Positions 1 to 6,301 of a stretch of DNA of 64,000 nucleotides are shown piece after piece. Within the stretch, counting starts at the first letter, position 1. Each line of letters begins with the position of its first letter. Position numbers and translations under genes: made by a program. Source of the stretch: a virus. The stretch is from the IMG/VR virus record IMGVR_UViG_3300030107_001446, positions 135,259 to 199,258 of that record; one strand, 5' to 3'. Under the pieces are notes generated by a model. It was not told the origin of the DNA. It did no database searches and saw nothing but the letters and a program-made list of their open reading frames with translations.

Positions 1-74
1 AAGCATTCAAGCATAAATATGCTACATACGATGAATACATCGATGCACTAGCAGATTACATTAATGGTTATTAA
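1..74 (+). CDS. 3' end of a hypothetical protein (partial, runs in from the window start)
   Basis: Frame 3 is open from the start (AFKHKYATYDEYIDALADYINGY) to TAA at 72-74, 2 nt before the next ATG. Confidence 0.55.
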   Translation, partial: AFKHKYATYDEYIDALADYINGY

Positions 75-76
75 TT

Positions 77-283
77 ATGGCACTAAGTAAACAAGTAAAA
101 GACAGTTTAGAAGCAGCATCCGAGGATTTGAGGAATGCGTTGGCATTTAGTGCCAGATGTGAGAAACCTTACATATCAAAACATATTGCAGATATGTTAT
201 CACAAATTGATAATATAATATATGTTGTCCCAATATTAGATAAAGTGGAGGAAATGCAGGATGGCATCATTGATGATAACTGA
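77..283 (+). CDS. small conserved cyanophage hypothetical protein
   Basis: 68-aa ORF; MALSKQVKDSL..A...LRNALAFSAR.E.P resembles a small family I recall from T4-like cyanophages. Confidence 0.75.
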   Translation: MALSKQVKDSLEAASEDLRNALAFSARCEKPYISKHIADMLSQIDNIIYVVPILDKVEEMQDGIIDDN

Positions 284-653
284 TGGAGTTAGGGATAACG
301 ATGAATTAAAATATTATGAGGACATTTATATTACTGATGATAATATAACTGTTGAATCTAAACAATTACCTGCTTATACTATAGTAGATAATACATATTA
401 TACTGGTGAAACTACTGAAGGATACAGAGTAAATGCTAGGATTAAATGTCAACTAGGCAATCCCGAAGGGATGCAGAGACACATGACAGCAGGTGATAAG
501 GTATTAAATCCTATGATATTTAATGGTAATATATTATGGACATATGAAAAGATAGGTATGTTTGATACAGTAGCAGAAAGTAAATCATTTATTGAATCAT
601 ACATCAATGAGGATGCAACTAAACTAATCAATGAGAGACAGCATGATGTGTGA
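261..653 (+). CDS. hypothetical protein
   Basis: 130-aa ORF with GGAGG at 247-251 upstream of the ATG; overlaps the end of the previous gene. Confidence 0.7.
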   Translation: MASLMITDGVRDNDELKYYEDIYITDDNITVESKQLPAYTIVDNTYYTGETTEGYRVNARIKCQLGNPEGMQRHMTAGDKVLNPMIFNGNILWTYEKIGMFDTVAESKSFIESYINEDATKLINERQHDV

Positions 654-707
654 CAGTTGATAAAGAGTCCAATACTATGCCCATTCTTGCCCACATGTGC
701 TTATAAT
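648..707 (+). promoter_or_regulatory. early sigma70-type promoter with upstream box
   Basis: TATAAT at 702-707; box GTGTGACAGTTGATAAAGAGTCC at 648-670, with AAGAGTC ending 32 nt before the -10 element. Confidence 0.6.
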
Positions 708-735
708 ATGCGAGTATCAATCGCATTCTTGCTTA

Positions 736-993
736 ATGACAGTAACACGCACTAGAAGGACTAGGAAGGCATCTACAACTAAGAAATCCCCTGCTAGACC
801 TAAAGTGACTAAAGTTACACCACCTGCAAGACCTGATACACTTCTCAAATTTGATGACTACAAGAAAGACATCAAATTAAGACTAGAAATCCATAACTAT
901 GAGATTTCAGCACTATGGGATGATGTTAAATGGTCTTATGATAAAATCTCTAAGTATGTCAAATCATCATATGATAGGGCATTCAACCAGTAG
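736..993 (+). CDS. hypothetical protein with basic, low-complexity N-terminus
   Basis: The ATG at 736 (MTVTRTRRTRKAST...) is preferred to the track start at 697, which lies inside the promoter; the C-terminal half is predicted helical. Confidence 0.75.
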   Translation: MTVTRTRRTRKASTTKKSPARPKVTKVTPPARPDTLLKFDDYKKDIKLRLEIHNYEISALWDDVKWSYDKISKYVKSSYDRAFNQ

Positions 994-1041
994 AGTAAGT
1001 GTCACAAGACCCCTACACAGGGGTCTTTTTTAATGTATAAT
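987..1041 (+). promoter_or_regulatory. early sigma70-type promoter with upstream box (helicase promoter)
   Basis: CCAGT-N5-AAGTGTC at 987-1003 and TATAAT at 1036-1041 (32-nt gap). Confidence 0.6.
1006..1031 (+). terminator. intrinsic terminator overlapping the next promoter
   Basis: Perfect 9-bp stem AAGACCCCT-ACAC-AGGGGTCTT followed by a T run, 12 nt after the stop at 993. Confidence 0.8.
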
Positions 1042-1134
1042 AATAATATGAGATGAAAGTTATGCGGATGCACAATTAAGTGCTAGTCAACCGAGCAACA
1101 TACAATCATCTCTTTCAATTTATTATTAAATCCC

Positions 1135-2370
1135 TTGATTTCACTTAGACCACATCAATTACGAGCATTAAATATAATGCAACGTGAAGATAAGGGACAA
1201 ATAATAGTGCCAACTGGAGGTGGTAAAACATACATTATGATTAACGATTACATTGCTATGTTACAAGAATGCAATGAAATTGAAAGTGATAATGTAACAG
1301 TAGTTGTTGCACCTCGTATATTATTAGCACAGCAATTATGTGATGATTTCTATCATCAAGTCCCACAAGATTTAAACATATTTCATGCACATAGTGGAAG
1401 GACTTCGTTTCCAAGTTCTACTAAATCAAATGAAATTGCAGAGTTTGTTGATAACAATCATCAAACAATTATATTCACAACTTATCATTCATTGAAGAAA
1501 GTTGTAGAATCTGATATAACAATAGATTGCATATATTTTGATGAAAGTCACAATGGCACAGCAAGATCATTCTTTGAAAGTGTTAGTAACTGTAGTCAAT
1601 ATGCAGAGCGTTGTTATTACTTTACAGCAACACCTAGAATATCATATAAACATGATAGAGGGATGAATAACAAACATATCTGGGGAAATATCCTGGAATC
1701 CGTCCCTGCACCTGAGTTAATTGATGGTGGAAGTTTAATACCACCAACTATAATTCCATTTGAAGTTGATACTAACTATGCTAAACATAATGCACATGTC
1801 CATCATTCAATTACTATACAAAATGTTATCGACAGTATAGAATTAGAGGGCAGCAAAGTGTTAGTTAGTGTCCCATCATCTAAGGTATTAATTAACATGT
1901 TATCACGCACATATTTGATAAAAGAGTTAAGAAATAAAGGATACGATTTATTACACATAACAAGTAAATTTGGTGCTTATGTCAACAACAAAAAAGTTAA
2001 TCGCTCTCAATTCTTTGAGACTCTCAAGCAATGGGGTGAAGAGAAAGAAAGAAAGTTTATCATCTTTCATTACAGCATCCTATCGGAAGGCATCAACGTT
2101 AGTGGACTCACTCATACAGTATTCTTGCGAAATCTTAACATCGTTGAGATGGCACAAAGCATCGGACGTGTTATTAGGATGGATAAACAAGATACCAAAG
2201 ATATTGCAGAAGGCACTATTGATAGTGGGGATATTTGTAATTATCGCAAATCCACTGGTTATTGTATTATTCCTACTCACAAGAGTTATGGCACTAAAAC
2301 TCTCAAAAGAATGCAAAGAATAACGGATGACATTTTTAGAGATGGTGTGCATACCACAGCATATTGTTAA
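1135..2370 (+). CDS. superfamily 2 DExH-box helicase (ResIII/DEAD-like)
   Basis: Motif I PTGGGKT, Ia VAPRILLAQQL, II DESH, III TAT, V SEGINV, VI QSIGRVIR; TTG start; no accessory nuclease domain visible. Confidence 0.92.
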   Translation: MISLRPHQLRALNIMQREDKGQIIVPTGGGKTYIMINDYIAMLQECNEIESDNVTVVVAPRILLAQQLCDDFYHQVPQDLNIFHAHSGRTSFPSSTKSNEIAEFVDNNHQTIIFTTYHSLKKVVESDITIDCIYFDESHNGTARSFFESVSNCSQYAERCYYFTATPRISYKHDRGMNNKHIWGNILESVPAPELIDGGSLIPPTIIPFEVDTNYAKHNAHVHHSITIQNVIDSIELEGSKVLVSVPSSKVLINMLSRTYLIKELRNKGYDLLHITSKFGAYVNNKKVNRSQFFETLKQWGEEKERKFIIFHYSILSEGINVSGLTHTVFLRNLNIVEMAQSIGRVIRMDKQDTKDIAEGTIDSGDICNYRKSTGYCIIPTHKSYGTKTLKRMQRITDDIFRDGVHTTAYC

Positions 2371-2393
2371 AATGTGTAAACCGCAACCAGTAC

Positions 2394-2452
2394 GTGTGCC
2401 ACCGCACAAAGTGTCCACTAAATGCGGACAAGGTGCGGAAATCGGTTATAAT
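2394..2452 (+). promoter_or_regulatory. early sigma70-type promoter with upstream box
   Basis: GTGTGCCACCGCACAAAGTGTCCAC at 2394-2418 and TATAAT at 2447-2452 (31 nt after AAGTGTC). Confidence 0.65.
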
Positions 2453-2460
2453 AAGAATAT

Positions 2461-2548
2461 GGGAAACGAAATCCCATCCCTGAGACTCTTAATTATCCAC
2501 TTGGTAAACAGGTTAGCATAGAGTCAGACATCTGGGATTTTGTTTCTC
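2461..2548 (+). ncRNA. candidate structured 5' leader RNA
   Basis: 16-bp stem 2461-2476/2533-2548 (two G-U pairs), inner stem GACTCT/AGAGTC and an apical ACTTG-GTAAA-CAGGT hairpin; begins about 8 nt after the -10 element. Confidence 0.55.
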
Positions 2549-2580
2549 TCACCTTTGTAAATCTTTACTTCTCTCTTAAC

Positions 2581-2895
2581 ATGCGTAAAATTGAATCAGA
2601 AATGAATGCAGCAGTAACAAATCGTTACAACTTCAGCAAGTCAAATACAACTGTAAACATCAATGACAGAATCGCTGAAGTCAGACTTCATGGAAATTTA
2701 ATCGCTAGAGTTGGTGACAATTTCGTCCAAATCTTCGATGGTGGTTGGCAATCAGTTACAACCAAATCTAGATTAAATGCACTATTACAGGCAGTAACAC
2801 CTAACGGTGGTGTATTTCAAAGAGATTGGACTTGGTATTACAACTCAAGCAAAGTTGGCACAGTCCCATTTTTCTCAGGTATGGAAGCAGCATAA
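2581..2895 (+). CDS. conserved phage hypothetical protein
   Basis: 104 aa; V.LHGN.IA and DGGWQS.TTKSRLNALL motifs recur in cyanophage early genes (recalled, not searched). Confidence 0.85.
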   Translation: MRKIESEMNAAVTNRYNFSKSNTTVNINDRIAEVRLHGNLIARVGDNFVQIFDGGWQSVTTKSRLNALLQAVTPNGGVFQRDWTWYYNSSKVGTVPFFSGMEAA

Positions 2896-2972
2896 ACCCT
2901 GCTCTCACCTGAGTTTTTACTGGCATTTAATATAATGTAAGTCCAGTATTTTGTCCCTTTGCTTATTACAAA

Positions 2973-3080
2973 ATGTCAAACAACGTTGCATTTAACTTTC
3001 TTGTTGAATCTCTATCTAGAGCAGAAACAGGTAACGAATTAATCGCACTAATTGACACATACCTTGCAAATCAAGGTTAA
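2973..3080 (+). CDS. small hypothetical protein (35 aa, missed by the ORF track)
   Basis: MSNNVAFNFLVESLSRAETGNELIALIDTYLANQG*; TATAAT at 2931-2936 upstream. Confidence 0.6.
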   Translation: MSNNVAFNFLVESLSRAETGNELIALIDTYLANQG

Positions 3081-3130
3081 TTAAATAATAATGAGGGGTG
3101 CAATTCCCCTCTCATTCTTAACAATCTCTC

Positions 3131-3307
3131 ATGTTAAATCATCTTTCAGACTTATTAGAATCATGGTGTAATAGTCAGCAATTAGAGTTTATTAGTGCTG
3201 ACGATTTACTGTATGGTTACTATCAACAACTCACCATAGATCAACGTGCTTGGTTAAACAATTACATTGAAATATGGGATAAAACACAACAATTTGAGGT
3301 GGGTTAA
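3131..3307 (+). CDS. small hypothetical protein (58 aa, missed by the ORF track)
   Basis: MLNHLSDLLESWCNSQQLEFISADDLLYG...WLNNYIEIWD...*; fills the gap and stops 2 nt before the ATG at 3310. Confidence 0.7.
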   Translation: MLNHLSDLLESWCNSQQLEFISADDLLYGYYQQLTIDQRAWLNNYIEIWDKTQQFEVG

Positions 3308-3309
3308 TC

Positions 3310-3540
3310 ATGTATAAAAGTGAAACATTAGGACGTATCTTTTGGTGTGAAGATGATACTTATGACTTCAAATCATGTCCTATGAAGTTAGATGGCACAG
3401 GCGATTTTGACTATTGGGATTATGTATCAGAGTGGACAGAATGGCATGAAGTAGATATGAATTTACTCTTTGATATTCACAAAGCATGTATATTTAATAA
3501 GAGAGAATATGCAGGTAGTATAACATTTAATGGGGTATAA
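3310..3540 (+). CDS. hypothetical protein
   Basis: 76-aa ORF with GAGGT upstream, in a tightly packed operon. Confidence 0.75.
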   Translation: MYKSETLGRIFWCEDDTYDFKSCPMKLDGTGDFDYWDYVSEWTEWHEVDMNLLFDIHKACIFNKREYAGSITFNGV

Positions 3541-3543
3541 TTA

Positions 3544-3756
3544 ATGCACTATTCAACACCATACGACATAGGATTAGGCGATTTAGTGTTATTTAAGGGC
3601 ATTATTTACTATGTCTTAATTAACTACATTAAAGGTGAAACTGACGCTAAAGGTTATACACCAAACAGCAACAGAACCATCTTAATTAATGATACTTTCG
3701 GCACAAGGATTATGTGTCATAATTATAAAGAATTGGAGGTAATTGATGAAGAATAA
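3544..3756 (+). CDS. hypothetical protein (small beta-barrel-like)
   Basis: 70-aa ORF 3 nt after the previous stop; the I.LGDLV.F pattern suggests an SH3/KOW-like fold (inference). Confidence 0.65.
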   Translation: MHYSTPYDIGLGDLVLFKGIIYYVLINYIKGETDAKGYTPNSNRTILINDTFGTRIMCHNYKELEVIDEE

Positions 3757-3868
3757 AAGTATTACATCACAACTAAGTGATGAAGCAATTTATCAAATAC
3801 TAGAGATAATTGCAAGTGAAATTGATAATATAGATGATAAAGAGTTATTCATTAGTATGGAGGATTAA
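3746..3868 (+). CDS. small acidic hypothetical protein (40 aa, missed by the ORF track)
   Basis: MKNKSITSQLSDEAIYQILEIIASEIDNIDDKELFISMED*; GGAGGT Shine-Dalgarno upstream. Confidence 0.6.
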   Translation: MKNKSITSQLSDEAIYQILEIIASEIDNIDDKELFISMED

Positions 3869-3870
3869 CA

Positions 3871-4056
3871 ATGCAAAGTGATGAGTTTGAAATCAAATTA
3901 CCTGTTTATTTTACATGTAACGAGTATAAATTCGTAAGGGAATGTATTCAAAATGCACAGGATAATTGGACACAAGATAAATACAAAACTTGTGATATTG
4001 TCCTTAATAAGTTATATGAATTAAGTGAAACTTGCATACAAGATAGAATCAATTAA
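3871..4056 (+). CDS. hypothetical protein
   Basis: 61-aa ORF with GGAGG upstream. Confidence 0.65.
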   Translation: MQSDEFEIKLPVYFTCNEYKFVRECIQNAQDNWTQDKYKTCDIVLNKLYELSETCIQDRIN

Positions 4057-4085
4057 CCTTTAAACATTCAATCGCATTATTATCA

Positions 4086-4349
4086 ATGACAAAACTAAAT
4101 CCACGTCCAGTTTACAACAATCCACAGAAACCAGTTGTTAACAACAATGTCAACAAATTCCCCAGATTAACTAATCAAGAATGGGATGATATTATAGGAT
4201 TAATTGATGATAAACTAGAAAGGCAATATTATGAATGTTATCAAACAATAAAGGACAAACTAGAAGCATATAGGCAAGAAGATGTAATTGTCAACAGGTT
4301 ATGTGACACTAATATTAGTGACTACGATAAGATACCAAATCGCTATTAA
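4086..4349 (+). CDS. hypothetical protein
   Basis: 87-aa ORF preceded by the TCAATCGCATT leader motif. Confidence 0.65.
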   Translation: MTKLNPRPVYNNPQKPVVNNNVNKFPRLTNQEWDDIIGLIDDKLERQYYECYQTIKDKLEAYRQEDVIVNRLCDTNISDYDKIPNRY

Positions 4350-4386
4350 TACATTATAATATTAGTATAGACAACAAACAAACCTT

Positions 4387-4641
4387 ATGAATCCAGTATT
4401 AAAGCAATTCATTGATTACATTTTTTCATTCTACGGATGTCCTGATGATGTCCTTTACCCACTTGTTAAGGATAACAGGATGGTAACCAAACATGAAATT
4501 TATCAAGCAATCAAAGTTTATATTGCTAAACTGGAAACCGCATCCGCAGGATCTTTCTACACTTGGGGCGGTGGTGATTCTCTAGACAGAGAAAGAGTAA
4601 GGGATATTTTAATCTCAGATTTCAACTTCACACTTCAGTAA
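4387..4641 (+). CDS. conserved cyanophage hypothetical protein
   Basis: 84 aa; FY....LY and GGDS.DRE.VRDIL motifs are typical of a cyanophage family (recalled). Confidence 0.8.
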   Translation: MNPVLKQFIDYIFSFYGCPDDVLYPLVKDNRMVTKHEIYQAIKVYIAKLETASAGSFYTWGGGDSLDRERVRDILISDFNFTLQ

Positions 4642-4661
4642 ACCTAATTCATTCTAAAATT

Positions 4662-4829
4662 ATGCCAAATGCTTCAAACAAACTACAGACAGACCTTTAT
4701 AACATCGCATCTAATCACGAAGGAATTTTAGATATGATAGTTTACGGATTTGTTAATGATATGTCACCATCTCAAGTAAGACAATATCAAGACATGCTAG
4801 ACACCAATTTTCCTAATCAAGTATCCTAA
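4662..4829 (+). CDS. small hypothetical protein (55 aa, missed by the ORF track)
   Basis: MPNASNKLQTDLYNIASNHEGILDMIVYGFVNDMSPSQVRQYQDMLDTNFPNQVS*. Confidence 0.6.
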   Translation: MPNASNKLQTDLYNIASNHEGILDMIVYGFVNDMSPSQVRQYQDMLDTNFPNQVS

Positions 4830-4830
4830 A

Positions 4831-4959
4831 ATGTTACAACTTCCTACTTCTTACCTAAAATCAGACACATTACTCAAAATCTATCAAACAGTAACACGCA
4901 AACCACAAAGTGTTTACAATCCCCCTAGAAGTAGAAAGATTTCAATACTTAATGATTAA
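4831..4959 (+). CDS. small basic hypothetical protein (42 aa, missed by the ORF track)
   Basis: MLQLPTSYLKSDTLLKIYQTVTRKPQSVYNPPRSRKISILND*; starts 1 nt after the previous stop. Confidence 0.55.
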   Translation: MLQLPTSYLKSDTLLKIYQTVTRKPQSVYNPPRSRKISILND

Positions 4960-5011
4960 ACACTAAGTATTAACAAATCACTCACAGATCGCCAAATTTT
5001 TTATTAATCAA

Positions 5012-5341
5012 ATGACCAAACTTTCCACTCTAATTGATAACATAAACAACACACAAGTTGTAGAGCAAAATGTATATAAACTTGCAAAATGTGTAGATGC
5101 TAGTTATAAACAATCATATGATTATAGAGTCATTAATTGTGAAGTTAAAAAAGGTAAAAAGTATTGGAAACTAATATTTGACAACAGCGTTCATGCCTTT
5201 GTAGATGTAAACAATGGTGACGTATTTAAACCTGCTAGTTGGAATAAACCTGCTAAACATGTGAGGTATAACTTATTAACTAATCCAGAGATTTGCTTCA
5301 CTAAATGTGATTGGGCAGGAGGATATTTGTATATAAGATGA
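5012..5341 (+). CDS. conserved phage hypothetical protein
   Basis: 109 aa; GKKY.K, SVHAFVD...GDV.KPASW..PAK.VRYNL and DWAGGYLY motifs are widespread in T4-like phages (recalled). Confidence 0.85.
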   Translation: MTKLSTLIDNINNTQVVEQNVYKLAKCVDASYKQSYDYRVINCEVKKGKKYWKLIFDNSVHAFVDVNNGDVFKPASWNKPAKHVRYNLLTNPEICFTKCDWAGGYLYIR

Positions 5342-5369
5342 TAACAATCTCACCACACATGCAAGGGAG

Positions 5370-5402
5370 TTTTCCACAATTAGCGGACATACTTGTGGAA
5401 AA
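5370..5402 (+). repeat. perfect 10-bp inverted repeat; each arm matches the DnaA box TTTTCCACA
   Basis: TTTTCCACAA at 5370-5379, 13-nt spacer, TTGTGGAAAA at 5393-5402. Confidence 0.8.
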
Positions 5403-5551
5403 TAGTGTATATTTTAAATGGTTAATTAAACATAGGTATGTGTTATTTAACGATGATAATATTGACTCTAGTTAGTGTTATCTAAGAGCGTAACATAGCG
5501 AGATTTTTTTGTCAACAACTATGGAGAAATATGTCAATCTTCGCTAACACC

Positions 5552-5580
5552 TTGACATGACACATTTTTTCCTATATAAT
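5552..5580 (+). promoter_or_regulatory. consensus sigma70 promoter
   Basis: TTGACA (5552-5557), exactly 17 nt, TATAAT (5575-5580). Confidence 0.88.
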
Positions 5581-5601
5581 AACAATGTAAGCACAATTAC
5601 A

Positions 5602-5754
5602 ATGGGAAGATCTTACAAACGTAATGACCCTTATTCATCACATAAGGCGAAAAGTTTGAGAGAAAAGAGAAAACAATCCAACACTAAGTTCAAAGGAGTT
5701 ACTAACAACAATCCGCACAATAATGTGGAAAAGTATTACAAACCCCGCCCCTAA
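5602..5754 (+). CDS. small basic hypothetical protein (50 aa)
   Basis: MGRSYKRNDPYSSHKAKSLREKRKQ...; the ATG at 5602 is preferred because the track start at 5557 lies inside the promoter. Confidence 0.7.
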   Translation: MGRSYKRNDPYSSHKAKSLREKRKQSNTKFKGVTNNNPHNNVEKYYKPRP

Positions 5755-5794
5755 TTGCCCCCCTATACTATGCCCCGCATTGCCCTTTTTTGCT

Positions 5795-5965
5795 ATGTCT
5801 AAAATAACAACTATTCAGACAATTCCACCAGTAAATGTTAAATTGTGGTCACACGGTTCTAAACACTTTTGGGCATACGATTACCCAGGAAATAGTAAGA
5901 ACGGACCATTTAAATCTGAGAAATTAGCATTACTTGACGCAACCCAATTCTCTAGTGATTCATGA
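5795..5965 (+). CDS. conserved cyanophage hypothetical protein (56 aa)
   Basis: MSKITTIQTIPPVNVKLW...FWAYDY...GPFKSE..AL.DA; the ATG at 5795 is preferred to 5723, whose extension is a Pro-rich read-through of a C-tract. Confidence 0.7.
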   Translation: MSKITTIQTIPPVNVKLWSHGSKHFWAYDYPGNSKNGPFKSEKLALLDATQFSSDS

Positions 5966-6153
5966 CAACAATTCCACACAAATTGCAGTTATTACTTAAC
6001 ACATACGATGAGGGATTATTACCCCCTGATTTACAAATAGAGATGGCACAGTTCTTAATAGATTGTGACCTACATAATGAGTTATTACAGTATCAACAAC
6101 TATGCGACTATTACATCGCTGAGGGTATATGTTATGACGTGCAATTAGCATGA
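5962..6153 (+). CDS. conserved cyanophage hypothetical protein
   Basis: 63 aa with an ATGA overlap to the previous stop; LL..YDEG.LPP..QIEMAQFLID...LCDYYI.EG.CY. Confidence 0.75.
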   Translation: MTTIPHKLQLLLNTYDEGLLPPDLQIEMAQFLIDCDLHNELLQYQQLCDYYIAEGICYDVQLA

Positions 6154-6301
6154 CTAATTAACACATAGTATGCACACAGTTATTAACAATTAAGACAGTT
6201 AATTTCTGTGTGTATGTGTATATTAAAAAATCGATAAATGCTAACCTACAAAAGTATACCATCGATATCAAAAAATTTTCCCAGTAAAAAATTTCTCCAG
6301 T

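Noticed and set aside
13-19. ATAAATA late-promoter-like motif at the window start
   Set aside because: It lies within a probable coding region in the early island, about 57 nt from the next start; likely chance in AT-rich DNA.
2493-2501. TTATCCACT near-match to a DnaA box
   Set aside because: It has one mismatch, is isolated, and lies inside the structured leader where it is better explained by base-pairing.
449-2521. ORFs 449-694(-), 1970-2323(+), 2080-2418(-) and 2327-2521(+)
   Set aside because: They overlap better-supported genes or run through the promoter and leader at 2394-2548, and have no family features.
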